This document shows, one piece after another, positions 9,701 to 19,760 of a stretch of DNA of 64,000 nucleotides. A model generated the notes under the pieces. The model did no database searches and was not told the origin of the DNA. It saw only the letters and a program-made list of their open reading frames with translations. The number at the start of each line of letters is the position of its first letter. The first letter of the stretch is position 1. Origin of the DNA: Thermodesulfovibrionales bacterium (lineage in GTDB: Bacteria > Nitrospirota > Thermodesulfovibrionia > Thermodesulfovibrionales > SM23-35); the NCBI GenBank assembly GCA_963715195.1, contig CAVQRT010000008.1, positions 1-64,000 on the forward strand, given 5' to 3'. A program made the position numbers and the translations under genes.

Positions 9701-10930
9701 ATGAACCTTCCTTATCAATTATTCATAGCACTCAGATATCTAAGGACCAAGAAGAAACAGAGGGGCATTTCATTCAATACCCTCATCTCTACTGGAGGTG
9801 TTGCAGTGGGTGTCATGGCGCTCCTTGTCGTGCTCTCCGTGATGAGCGGTTTTCATGAAGACCTTCAAAAGAAAATACTCGGCGTGAATGCCCACGTTGT
9901 TGTCCTTAACTATCGAGGAACTATGCCCGAGTATCAGGATGTGATAAAAAAAATACAGGGCGACACCGATGTGCTTTCATCTGCTCCGTTTATCTTAGGC
10001 CAGGTTATGGTGTCATCAGGCAAAAGGGCTCAAGGGGTCTTTCTCAGGGGAGTCGACCCTGAAGCTGAGTTGAAGACGACAGAGGTCGGGAAGTTCATGC
10101 AGGAAGGCGGATTAGATGGTCTAGCTCCAAAAGATAGTATACCGGGGATTATCATCGGGAGGGAACTCTCAAACAGTATCGGCGTATTCAGGGGGGATCT
10201 GGTAACAATCCTGTCCCCTATCGGGAAGATTGGACCGCTCGGTATGCTGCCTAAAGTGAGACAGTTCAGAGTTGCAGGGATCTTTGAGGTGGGAATGTTT
10301 GAGTATGATTCCAACCTTGTTCTGACCAATTTGAAAGCAGCGCAGGATTTTTTTGACCTGGGCGATGCTGTTACGGGAATTCAGCTCAAGCTTGATGATA
10401 TATACAAGGCTCCTGCTGTCAGGGATCGGATGCAGAAAATTCTGGGCTTCCCGCTTTATGCAAAGGATTGGATGCAGATGAACCGAAATCTCTTCTCAGC
10501 TCTCAAATTGGAGAAGTTTGCGATGTTTATCATCCTGGTTCTGATAATCCTTGTCGCATCATTCAATATCGTGAGTACCCTGATCATGAACGTCATTGAG
10601 AAAAAGAGGGAGATCGCAATTCTCAAGACAATGGGTGCGACCGATCAGAGTATCATGAACATTTTCATGATGCAGGGAATATTCATAGGAATTTTCGGTA
10701 CTCTTGTCGGCCTCGCCGGAGGTTATCTTTTATGTTATGTTTTAAATACGTATCAGATCATTAAGCTGCCGGCTGATGTTTACTATCTGAGCCATCTGCC
10801 TGTGAAAACCAAGTTGACTGATTTTCTCGTTGTTTCCCTGTCGGCAATTCTTATCAGTTTCCTCGCTACGCTCTATCCTGCCTGGCAGGCGGCAAGGATT
10901 AATCCGGTCGAGCCGTTGCGGTATGAGTGA
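9701..10930 (+). CDS. lolE: Lipoprotein-releasing ABC transporter permease (LolC/E family)
   Basis: VLSVMSGF, GMFEYD, EKKREIAILKTMGA, YPAWQAARINPVEPLRYE. Confidence 0.93.
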   Translation: MNLPYQLFIALRYLRTKKKQRGISFNTLISTGGVAVGVMALLVVLSVMSGFHEDLQKKILGVNAHVVVLNYRGTMPEYQDVIKKIQGDTDVLSSAPFILGQVMVSSGKRAQGVFLRGVDPEAELKTTEVGKFMQEGGLDGLAPKDSIPGIIIGRELSNSIGVFRGDLVTILSPIGKIGPLGMLPKVRQFRVAGIFEVGMFEYDSNLVLTNLKAAQDFFDLGDAVTGIQLKLDDIYKAPAVRDRMQKILGFPLYAKDWMQMNRNLFSALKLEKFAMFIILVLIILVASFNIVSTLIMNVIEKKREIAILKTMGATDQSIMNIFMMQGIFIGIFGTLVGLAGGYLLCYVLNTYQIIKLPADVYYLSHLPVKTKLTDFLVVSLSAILISFLATLYPAWQAARINPVEPLRYE

Positions 10931-10950
10931 CATGAATTCAGGAGGTATGC

Positions 10951-11235
10951 ATGATGAAATGGATATTGAAAATGATTGGTCTCCTCTTGCTGGCAATTAT
11001 CATCTTCCTTACACTTTCCCTCTGGAAGGGCGGTGATCCCTTCCGCTGGCTTGGCCACAAGTCGGAACAGGCAGGAGAGATTGTGAAGGAGAAAAGCGAG
11101 GAACTGGGCAAGGAGGCTGATAAGATCAAACAGAGGACCGATGCTGTGAGGGATACAACAAAAAAGGTGACCAAGGGGATAAGAAAAACAGGAGAGACGA
11201 TTCAGGAACTCACCGGATCGAAGACTGACGAATGA
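10951..11235 (+). CDS. Small membrane-anchored hypothetical protein
   Basis: AGGAGG SD, N-terminal hydrophobic helix, K/E-rich helical tail, overlaps the lolD start. Confidence 0.75.
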   Translation: MMKWILKMIGLLLLAIIIFLTLSLWKGGDPFRWLGHKSEQAGEIVKEKSEELGKEADKIKQRTDAVRDTTKKVTKGIRKTGETIQELTGSKTDE

Positions 11236-11954
11236 CAGAATACTTGAGAGAAACATTTATTACAGTCCGGAATTTGAAAAAATCTTTTACTATCCATGCT
11301 GGTGAGCTCCAGGTATTGAAGGGGATTCATCTTGAGATACAGGAAGGTGAAATGGTCGGCATAGTTGGTGCCTCTGGTGCGGGCAAGAGTACACTGCTGC
11401 ATATCCTCGGCACGCTGGATACCCCTTCATCCGGTCAGGTCCTCTACGGGGATACCGATATATTTTCCACAGACAGGAAGGCACTTGCTTCTTTCAGAAA
11501 CAGGAAGATCGGTTTCGTTTTCCAGTTTCATCATCTTCTCCCGGAGTTTTCTGCAGTCGAAAATGTCATGATGCCAGGATTGATTGGAATGGATGATAGG
11601 GACAACAGACCGAAGGGGGTTCTCTTCCGGGAGATTCAGAGCAGGGCAGAGGGTCTTCTCAAGGAATTCGGCTTGTCTGAACGAATAAGACACCGGCCGG
11701 GGGAGCTTTCAGGGGGGGAACAGCAGCGTGTTGCGGTCGCGCGGGCTCTGATGCTCGATCCAAAAGTAGTGCTTGCGGACGAGCCCACAGGCAATCTTGA
11801 TACCCATACAGGAGAAGAGCTGTTCAGCATCCTTGTCAATCTTAACCGGGAAAAGGGCGTAACCTTTGTCATCGTTACCCATAATGAATCCCTGTCGAGG
11901 CGCTGCCACAGGATCCTCAGGATGGAAGACGGACGGTTGATTGATCACGCATAG
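11232..11954 (+). CDS. lolD: Lipoprotein-releasing ABC transporter ATPase
   Basis: [22 protein letters not shown] (LolD motif), [16 protein letters not shown]. Confidence 0.93.
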   Translation: MTEYLRETFITVRNLKKSFTIHAGELQVLKGIHLEIQEGEMVGIVGASGAGKSTLLHILGTLDTPSSGQVLYGDTDIFSTDRKALASFRNRKIGFVFQFHHLLPEFSAVENVMMPGLIGMDDRDNRPKGVLFREIQSRAEGLLKEFGLSERIRHRPGELSGGEQQRVAVARALMLDPKVVLADEPTGNLDTHTGEELFSILVNLNREKGVTFVIVTHNESLSRRCHRILRMEDGRLIDHA

Positions 11955-11977
11955 GATACTGTTGACAAATCGAGAAT

Positions 11978-13504
11978 TTATCGTAATGCAGATGCTGGAA
12001 GTTTGCTCCAGGTTTTTTCCTTCCCAAAGAGGTAGAATTCCGAGTCTCTTTTGACAACCAGTGCTTCCTGATTCTCAGCAACGAACATGGTTTCGGGCAA
12101 ATCTGCAACATATGGTTTTATCGGCTTCTCCCCGTCGATGAAAGGCGGCTCCTTTAGGAAAGAAGCAAGCATTTTAGCAAGCGCCAGATAACTTGTGGGC
12201 TTATCAATAATTTCCTGATGAGCGGGTGTATTAAAGTGTCCCTGACCGATCAATTTTATGCCTACCGGTATGATTGTTATCGGGGGCAAAGGAATATCTC
12301 TGAGATCAGGTGCCTGAATGCTTGTTCCGCGGAGGGCCATCCCGTGTTCGGGAACAAAAATGATAACATAATTTCTGCCTGAAGATTCAAGCAACTGGAA
12401 GAATTTGCTAAGGTTTGAAAAGAGATTCAGGAGGAATTCTTTATAGAGGGTAGGCCGGTCTCTTTTCCACCAGTCTTTTTCCTGTGCCCAGTGAGCCCCG
12501 CCGTGCAAGGTTGTAATATCAAAGTAGAGCACCGCACGCGCTACGTCGGATTCCTGTCTCATATTCCACCATCGCTCAAGAATCAGAAGGTCATTATAGA
12601 TGGGCGTTTTGTCGAAATCATACTGCTGGATGGGGATGCCTTTTAGGGACATCGGAGCACTTGCCTTTCCATGATTCATGATATCATCAATAAAACGAAA
12701 CACCGGTGCATCGTTATCAATAGCTGTATACGTTTGGTAATCAAGAGAGCGAAGGTTTTCCAACAAGTAACATTCCTTTGGCGCATCCTGATAAAGCGAT
12801 TCATGCCGGTGCTGGCCGCAGTTTGCCCTCAATAACCTGATAGCAGAGGGATTCGTGTAGCTTGACACGGAATTGAAGTTTTTGAAGAGAATATCAAATT
12901 CCCCCAAAAAGGGATGATTCTCCTGCCCCGCAGTACGCAGGTCATCCCATGAAAGGGAACAGATATGCAGGATGAGTATATCAAAGTCAGGTCCGTTTGT
13001 ATTAGGCTGCTCAAAAAAAACCGCTCTTTTCGATTCTGATTGATAAAAAGAGTTGAGGTATTCTGTCATTCCTACTTTCTTCTGTGGTAGTTCATAGAGC
13101 GGGACAAGAAACATGAGAAACACCACAACAGGAATCAATTTAATACGTTTGTCAAGGTAAATACACAGGGTTAGAATAATGATGAGTATTCCTATTGCAA
13201 TAGGATTGAGTGCATTGACAATGAAACGGTAAATATACTCTTTTTCGGGAATTCCTATCTGCTGCAACGTCCTGATGGAATATATGAGGGGTGGAAAATA
13301 GGAATCATACCATAGGAGGAGAAAGCCAAAAACGAAACTTGACACCAGTTTCCCGGTTCTCAAAACGCGATGAAGAGGAAACGTTTTTGGGACTGGCAGT
13401 ACCAGAAAGACAATAAAAAGAAGGTTCGGGAAAAAATGAAAACGCAGGGCTCCCCAGATATAGAGAAAAAGCTTACCTAGGAAATAAAAACTCCAGAGTC
13501 CCAT
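11978..13504 (-). CDS. bcsG: Cellulose phosphoethanolamine transferase BcsG
   Basis: N-terminal TM region, FDILILHICSLSWDDL, AIRLLRANCGQ, LHGG, VPEHG, LRDIP. Confidence 0.88.
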   Translation of the reverse strand: MGLWSFYFLGKLFLYIWGALRFHFFPNLLFIVFLVLPVPKTFPLHRVLRTGKLVSSFVFGFLLLWYDSYFPPLIYSIRTLQQIGIPEKEYIYRFIVNALNPIAIGILIIILTLCIYLDKRIKLIPVVVFLMFLVPLYELPQKKVGMTEYLNSFYQSESKRAVFFEQPNTNGPDFDILILHICSLSWDDLRTAGQENHPFLGEFDILFKNFNSVSSYTNPSAIRLLRANCGQHRHESLYQDAPKECYLLENLRSLDYQTYTAIDNDAPVFRFIDDIMNHGKASAPMSLKGIPIQQYDFDKTPIYNDLLILERWWNMRQESDVARAVLYFDITTLHGGAHWAQEKDWWKRDRPTLYKEFLLNLFSNLSKFFQLLESSGRNYVIIFVPEHGMALRGTSIQAPDLRDIPLPPITIIPVGIKLIGQGHFNTPAHQEIIDKPTSYLALAKMLASFLKEPPFIDGEKPIKPYVADLPETMFVAENQEALVVKRDSEFYLFGKEKTWSKLPASALR

Positions 13505-13537
13505 AGTCTGACAAGCTCCTGTGGATGCCTTGACTAT

Positions 13538-13972
13538 TTATTTCTTCTTGAGATCCCAGTTCCCGTACCAGTTCATGAATACCACAACTTTCTGTTCAGT
13601 CTCTGCAGACCGGTAGAATCTGTCCCACAGGTATTCAACACCCCAGGACAAATAGGGACCTTTTGGGATATAGGTATCAATTGAGATTCCCGCACCCGGA
13701 CCCAAAGAATTATTCCAGTCGAGCTTCTCGCTGTCCCAGACATACCGGACAGTGAGATACGTATTGAGCGTTGTATGCTCCCATCTGGCCCAGTCCACGC
13801 CCTGCTTGATCCAACCACGGAGAATGAGGTCAGATTCACCTTCTCCCCTCGTGAGGTGCTCATACCGCAACTCACCCCAGGTTGAACCGCTCAATCCCTC
13901 GATTGCATACGCGTTCGTCGAGATGAACAAGAAGACGGAGAGAAAACCTATCAGAATACCGTTACGATTCAT
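13538..13972 (-). CDS. Secreted aromatic/beta-strand-rich protein, possibly outer-membrane
   Basis: Signal peptide ending AYA, alternating hydrophobic strands rich in W/Y, AGGAGG SD, translationally coupled in the operon. Confidence 0.7.
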   Translation of the reverse strand: MNRNGILIGFLSVFLFISTNAYAIEGLSGSTWGELRYEHLTRGEGESDLILRGWIKQGVDWARWEHTTLNTYLTVRYVWDSEKLDWNNSLGPGAGISIDTYIPKGPYLSWGVEYLWDRFYRSAETEQKVVVFMNWYGNWDLKKK

Positions 13973-15385
13973 GCTTTACCTCCTTTGAAAAATATATGAA
14001 CGTTCTGAACGCCTGCCCAAAAAGGCGTTCTGAATACATTCCCAAGGGAAAATCCCTGTTCGGGATAATATTCCGGAACTTTATGAAAATACGTACCTGC
14101 ATAGTATTCGTGAAAAATTAGGAAATGCGGGTTATCACGGACGATCACTTCTTCCCTCTTTCGGGTATCGTCATGCGGTATTGCAATAAACCGGGCTGAT
14201 GGAAAGGTTTTTTCGAGTGCATACCGGTAGATGTAATCCTGATATTTGTCGGCTGATTCAACAGCAATGGTCATGCCGTCATGACCGTTCTGCTTCAGAA
14301 AGGTGATCGCGGGTGTGATATCGGCATATTGTTTCTCAAACCATGAGATCTGCTTTATCCCGAACACCCAAATGACAGCAAGCACAGCAACAGTAAAAAA
14401 AGGTCTTACCCAGGATGCCGTGATATTGGACGAAAACAGTCTTCCCATGTGATCAACTCCGAGGGAGGCTGCATGTGTAAGAAATACCAACGAAAAAATC
14501 ATGTTCTTTTCAATTGACTGTTCGGTTCCGTTGAGGAAATATAGAAGAAATATTGGTGCGGAAAAGACAGTGAGCATAATACCTTCTCTCCCTTTTTCCT
14601 TATGAAACATACCAAATATGGCTAGCAAATACGGCATCTCAACCCATTGGAAGTTCCAGCTTACTATGTCAGATGCGGGAAACGGTAACTGCTGATTTGT
14701 TATCAAGTAATTTCTGACAATGTCATGTATGTATGGATGCAGAATTAGGATAACGTAGACAGAGAGAAGGCCAGCGAGTGGAAGCAGGAAGGACAGTGCA
14801 GCCCGGTAAAAGGGAAACCGCCATAAGACAAAAATGACAAACGAGAGGACGTAAAGAATGACAATATATTTTGTGACAAAAGCGACGAACAGCGCTGTTG
14901 CCCCAGCAAGAAGAAGAATCCCTGATTGTCTCTTTTTCGATAACAGGAGAAGATAAAAAGAGAGACCGAGAAAGGTCGCAGCGATGATATCTCCCGTTGC
15001 TGATTTCGAGAGAAAAACAGCTGTGCCGGTGAAAAGGAACAGCGTCGCTGAGAGAAGACCTTGTTCCTTGGAGAAGAGTAGAACCACCCGTGCGGTATAT
15101 TATCCACGTCAGAGCAAGTCCAAATGGTATTCCGACAGCCCGTGCACCATTAAGACCTCCAACGGTATCACCTATCGCTGCAAGGGGTGGCTGAATGAAC
15201 GGTGACCCGATATTCAGAATGCCTTCGAAAGTGAAATTACCCGTTAGGACCTGCCTGCCGGCGAAAATATTGATCGCTTCAATATATGAAGCGGAGCTGT
15301 ATGGCAAGTTCCACCCTGTCATAATCAGACCGTAAATCAGGATGAACCAGATGGAATATCTGGTATGTTTATCCTGTCCCTTCAT
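13969..15385 (-). pseudogene. GT-C (ArnT/PMT-like) integral membrane glycosyltransferase, frameshifted at about 15088
   Basis: ORF 14723-15385 (N-half, to ...WIIYRT) and ORF 13969-15087 (VLLFSKEQG...) join if 1 nt is removed at the GGG run, giving about 471 aa. Polytopic, with FVTKY and a C-terminal soluble domain. Confidence 0.65.
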
Positions 15386-17610
15386 GGAAAGATGAAACTA
15401 CCGATCTTATCAGCAATCGAGAGGAGATTATGTATTTTATCCCGTGAAGCAGCATCGAATCGAACACCAATGAGATATTCAGGTTGATTCTCACTTCCGT
15501 AAAGAATATCTCTCACAACAGTTCCCTTGAGGACGATCTTCTCGTCACCGAGCATGACATCAATAATAACCTGATTGCCGGGTGATATCGCGGAGCTGGA
15601 AGCGAGGAGCATCCCAGTATTAGAGATATCTTTCATAACAGCATATGTCTGTTTTTTCGGAAATGTATGTACGACGACAGGGAGGTAGGCAATCGCCCTG
15701 TAAGCTCGTTTGTGGAAATATTTCCTACTTACAAGCTGGATTTCAAGATACGTCCTGTATCTGGTTGAATATTCTTTCATGTATTTGGTAACGACTGATT
15801 CATGCAGATACCGTGACAGGAGATCTTTGGTCTGCTGGGGAATATTTTCAAAATGCACACCCAAATGTGAGACCTGATAATGCTCTGAAGTGGTGTTTCT
15901 TTCCTGAACTTTAGAGCCCTGTAAAGAAAGCACAGAATCCGGAAGCATTAAATCAATATCAATCCGTTGCCCAATAGGTTTCTGACCTATTGTTAGGATA
16001 GACAAGCCATCCTCTGTGATGTTATCAGCCACTGCAAGACAGCGCGGTGACTGTTTGCCGTTGCTTGATTGAAAAAATATCGGCAATGTATCAGGCATCC
16101 GAAAACGTTCTCTTCGTTGAATGAGTTTTCGGTAGTCGTACTGGATGATAGCCAAAGCGAGGCCACTGTTATACAATGCCCAGAAGCAGTTTACTGCGAC
16201 AATAAAACTATCATTCCGCCAACCGATAAGTAATTCGACGAGTGCCCAGCAAATTGCAATTATGCTCACGGCTAATATGAGTGCCTGTGGGATTATCAAT
16301 GTAACTGGGGGGTGGCCCTGCTGCAATTTTGGCGTAACCTTGAATTCCTTGCTCTTCCGGGGCAGGAACGGTATTATAAACGTTTTGATATAGGTAAAAA
16401 ATTTTCCCATACTGAACTGTTCGAGCATGATTTGTCCGCCAAAACCCCGTGCCATTTCATTGAAACCAAGTGTCGAAATGACAAAATAGGGAATGAAATG
16501 CAGGAGATAATTAATATCAAGCGCTTTCATAGGCAGCACGCCGGTAAAAAGCGCTATCGGTGGAGTTAGATAGAAGATAATCTTCTGGATTCCTTCCAGA
16601 GGATAAATCATCGATGACAGGTAACAGAGGCTCTGACGAAACGTGAGCCCCCTGAGCAAGAGGGGGTTTGCCTTTGCAAATACCTGCCAGCTTCCTACTC
16701 CCCAGCGCTCTCTCTGTATATGAAAAGGTTTAAGGGTCTCAGCAGCAATTCCGTAGGCGAGATTTTCATTATGGTAGACGGAAGACCATCCTTTTGCATG
16801 AAGGCGTATAGATGTGAGCATGTCCTCTGTTATCGACGCCGTCGCGAATCCACCGATGTCGTTTAGGGCTTTTCTCCGGATTATGGCACAACTTCCAACA
16901 AAATATGCTGCATTCCAACGGTCCCTTCCAGGTTGTATGAGTGAGAAGAAGAGATATTGCTCCCCCCATATCGTTTTCTTTTTGGGGTCTGTTCTGTGCT
17001 GGAAGGAATCGATATTGTAGAATTCCTGCGGTGCCTGCACAAATGCAATTTTTTCATCCTTGAAATATCCGATGAGCCTGTCGATGAAATGGGGAAGCGG
17101 GACATGGTCCGCATCGAAAATAGCGATATATTCGGCTGTGGAATGCTGCAAACCGAAGTTAAGATTCCCGGCCTTGGCATGTTCTTGTTTTTCCCGTGCA
17201 AGGTATATGCAATGCAATTCCTCACACAACACCTTCACCTCAGGACGGTTCCCGTCATCAAGGACAAGAGTCCGGTGGGGATATTTCAGGTCATTGCAGG
17301 CCAGAAGGGTCTTCCGCAAAATATCCATTGACTCGCTTTTTGTCGGTATCAGTACATCGATAGTAAGGTTTTGAATGGGCGGAGGTGCCTCACGTTTCAA
17401 TGGTTTCCAGACAACAAAATAAAACAGAAACGTAGTAATCGCACCAAATACTTCTGCTCCATACAAGGCCCAGGAGAAGAACATGGCGTTTTGGTTAAAC
17501 GTCTCGGTAATCCTCCAGTACAGGTAATAGAGTGTGACGATAACAGCAATTACGGCCAGGACATGCCGCAGACGTTCTGTAGTGTTTGATCTTAGCGGTT
17601 TTTTCTCCAT
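15382..17610 (-). CDS. bcsA: Cellulose synthase-like GT2 with two C-terminal PilZ domains
   Basis: LDDG, HAKAGNLN, FDADH, VQAPQ, GSC, TED, QRERW. PilZ1 RRERFR..NITEDG; PilZ2 KRAYR..DISNTG. Confidence 0.88.
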   Translation of the reverse strand: MEKKPLRSNTTERLRHVLAVIAVIVTLYYLYWRITETFNQNAMFFSWALYGAEVFGAITTFLFYFVVWKPLKREAPPPIQNLTIDVLIPTKSESMDILRKTLLACNDLKYPHRTLVLDDGNRPEVKVLCEELHCIYLAREKQEHAKAGNLNFGLQHSTAEYIAIFDADHVPLPHFIDRLIGYFKDEKIAFVQAPQEFYNIDSFQHRTDPKKKTIWGEQYLFFSLIQPGRDRWNAAYFVGSCAIIRRKALNDIGGFATASITEDMLTSIRLHAKGWSSVYHNENLAYGIAAETLKPFHIQRERWGVGSWQVFAKANPLLLRGLTFRQSLCYLSSMIYPLEGIQKIIFYLTPPIALFTGVLPMKALDINYLLHFIPYFVISTLGFNEMARGFGGQIMLEQFSMGKFFTYIKTFIIPFLPRKSKEFKVTPKLQQGHPPVTLIIPQALILAVSIIAICWALVELLIGWRNDSFIVAVNCFWALYNSGLALAIIQYDYRKLIQRRERFRMPDTLPIFFQSSNGKQSPRCLAVADNITEDGLSILTIGQKPIGQRIDIDLMLPDSVLSLQGSKVQERNTTSEHYQVSHLGVHFENIPQQTKDLLSRYLHESVVTKYMKEYSTRYRTYLEIQLVSRKYFHKRAYRAIAYLPVVVHTFPKKQTYAVMKDISNTGMLLASSSAISPGNQVIIDVMLGDEKIVLKGTVVRDILYGSENQPEYLIGVRFDAASRDKIHNLLSIADKIGSFIFP

Positions 17611-17679
17611 AACGAAATGTATGAACTCCTGTGTTATAAAATAGTTATGTCATGTTACTGTAAGTCTTGGTTTAATTTA

Positions 17680-17696
17680 AGCAATTTCTGTACCGA
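17680..17696 (-). promoter_or_regulatory. Sigma54 (-24/-12) promoter of the bcsA-like operon
   Basis: Minus strand TCGGTACAGAAATTGCT = GG-N10-GC, close to consensus TGGCACG-N4-TTGCW, about 70 bp upstream of the start. Confidence 0.7.
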
Positions 17697-17934
17697 ACTG
17701 AAGGTTTTACAGACAACCTTCATCTTAACTTTCAGGAATAGATGGTAAGCACAGGTATTAATTGGTTTTTTTTCGAAAAAACATTCAGCAATAAGAGGAA
17801 CAGTCTGGTATATTTGGAGATCATGAGTGAAAGGTCGCTCTGTACAGGATGATACTGTGACAAATCATGACAGGGAAACTGAATGATCGAGAATCTTTTT
17901 TTGATGAGCCAGGATAAAATTTTGATGACGGTTC

Positions 17935-18168
17935 TCAGTCTTTCCCGTGCAGCATATCTATGATACGCTCGACTCTCGACTTCGGTGCGCCGCTGAAGAC
18001 CTTTTTGAGTTGGTCATCGGTAAAATGTTCGCGTAAAAAAGCGAGGATGTCAGTTCGTGCTTTCCAGCAGCCGATAATATTCCGGCAGGGCAGTCCGTCA
18101 TTCATGGTCGTGCAGTACGAAAATTCGACGAGCATACCTAATTGATTGCAGTATATTGTCTTATCCAC
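17935..18168 (-). CDS. Small Cys-rich hypothetical protein
   Basis: 77 aa, GTG start after AGGGA, four Cys (YC..LG...FSYC.....LPC..IIGCW). Confidence 0.75.
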   Translation of the reverse strand: MDKTIYCNQLGMLVEFSYCTTMNDGLPCRNIIGCWKARTDILAFLREHFTDDQLKKVFSGAPKSRVERIIDMLHGKD

Positions 18169-18208
18169 GGCAGTCCCTGTTACGAAGCCTTTCTTGTACG
18201 AGTATATG

Positions 18209-18241
18209 AAAAAAGAGAGGGAACGGATTCAGTCCCCTCTC
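18209..18241 (-). terminator. Intrinsic terminator after trpB2
   Basis: GAGAGGGGAC-TGAATCC-GTTCCCTCTC followed by TTTTTT on the minus strand. Confidence 0.75.
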
Positions 18242-18250
18242 AGGGAACAT

Positions 18251-19609
18251 TTAGGGCTTAGGGTATTTCTCCAAAGCTTTGAGGGATTTCTGTATTTCGT
18301 CGTCAGGCAAGGCATAATCTTCGAGTTTGCCGGATAAGTATGCATCATAGGCCGCAAGGTCAATAATGCCATGTCCGCTCCAGTTCATGAGGATTACCTT
18401 TTCCTTGCCTTCCTCTTTTGCCTTTTTTGCCTCTTCGATAACACAGGCGATTGCGTGATTTGTCTCCGGTGCGGGGATAAACCCTTCTGTTCTTGCAAAT
18501 GTCACCCCTGCTGCAAATGTTTCAAGTTGACCGTATGCCCTCGCTTCTATGAGATTATCCATAAGCAGTCTGCTGACTATTGGAGCCATCCCGTGATATC
18601 TCAGCCCTCCGGCATGTATTGGAGCAGGCATGAAATTATGGCCAAGGGAATGCATTGCGAAGAGAGGGGTTGTTTCGGCAGTATCTCCAAAATCATATAC
18701 ATACGGTCCTTTTGTCATAGTCGGGCAAGAAGCCGGCTCGCAGGCGATTACCTGCAATGTTTTCCCATGAATCTTGTCCCTTACAAAGGGCAAGGCAAGA
18801 CCCGAAAAGTTGCTTCCGCCACCAGCGCAGCCAATTACTATATCCGGATACTCTCCGATCATTGCAAGCTGTTTGTGTGCTTCAAGGCCAAGGATTGTCT
18901 GGTGCAACAGCACGTGATTCGCAACACTTCCGATAGAATATTTAGAGTCTTTTGACGTTGCACCATCCTCGACTGCCTCACTAATTGCTATACCCAAACT
19001 CCCGGGATGTTCCTTATTCTGTTCATAGAATTTTTTCCCGGAATTGGTATCCGGACTCGGACTCGGAACACACTTTGCTCCCCATGTTTCCATGAGTGTC
19101 CTTCGATACGGTTTCTGGTTATAGCTTATCCTGACCATATATACTTTGCATTCGAGGCCGAATTGACTGCAGGCAAAAGCAAGTGCACTCCCCCACTGGC
19201 CTGCTCCTGTTTCTGTAGCGAGTCTCTTTACACCGGAAACCTTGTTAAAATAAGTCTGAGCTATAGCAGTATTTGGTTTATGACTGCCCGGAGGACTCAC
19301 CCCTTCATTCTTGAAATATATGTGAGCAGGTGTCCCGAGGAATTTCTCCAGGAAAGATGCTCTGTAGAGAGGAGTCGGCCTCCAGATAAGATATTTTTCG
19401 AGAACCTCATCCGGTATAGTGATCCACCTTTCTGTACTAACCTCTTGCTCGATGATATTCATGGGGAATATAGCTTCAAGCATATCCGGTGTTATTGGTT
19501 TGCCCGTACCCGGGTTGAGAGGTGGCGGAACTGGATTCGGCATATCAGCCTGGATATTGTACCACTGCTTTGGTATCTCTTTTTCGTCCAATAGAATTTG
19601 TCTGTTCAC
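18251..19609 (-). CDS. trpB2: TrpB-like PLP enzyme (TrpB2)
   Basis: [14 protein letters not shown] (PLP Lys), [30 protein letters not shown]. Stand-alone, no trpA nearby. Confidence 0.95.
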   Translation of the reverse strand: MNRQILLDEKEIPKQWYNIQADMPNPVPPPLNPGTGKPITPDMLEAIFPMNIIEQEVSTERWITIPDEVLEKYLIWRPTPLYRASFLEKFLGTPAHIYFKNEGVSPPGSHKPNTAIAQTYFNKVSGVKRLATETGAGQWGSALAFACSQFGLECKVYMVRISYNQKPYRRTLMETWGAKCVPSPSPDTNSGKKFYEQNKEHPGSLGIAISEAVEDGATSKDSKYSIGSVANHVLLHQTILGLEAHKQLAMIGEYPDIVIGCAGGGSNFSGLALPFVRDKIHGKTLQVIACEPASCPTMTKGPYVYDFGDTAETTPLFAMHSLGHNFMPAPIHAGGLRYHGMAPIVSRLLMDNLIEARAYGQLETFAAGVTFARTEGFIPAPETNHAIACVIEEAKKAKEEGKEKVILMNWSGHGIIDLAAYDAYLSGKLEDYALPDDEIQKSLKALEKYPKP

Positions 19610-19724
19610 GGTTACCCCCTTACATTGGTTATGATTTCGTAACAGGACTATTTTACTGATAAAGGATTTTTTTTTAAAGTGCCACGATGTGCAGGCAGCT
19701 AAAGCAGTGAACCTAAAGCAGTGC

Positions 19725-19754
19725 TTGACAATATGTCATTGATAAAATTAAAGT
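19725..19754 (+). promoter_or_regulatory. Sigma70 promoter of tpiA (probably leaderless transcript)
   Basis: TTGACA-18 bp-TAAAGT, 6 nt before ATG 19761, no SD. Confidence 0.5.
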
Positions 19755-19760
19755 ATCGCG

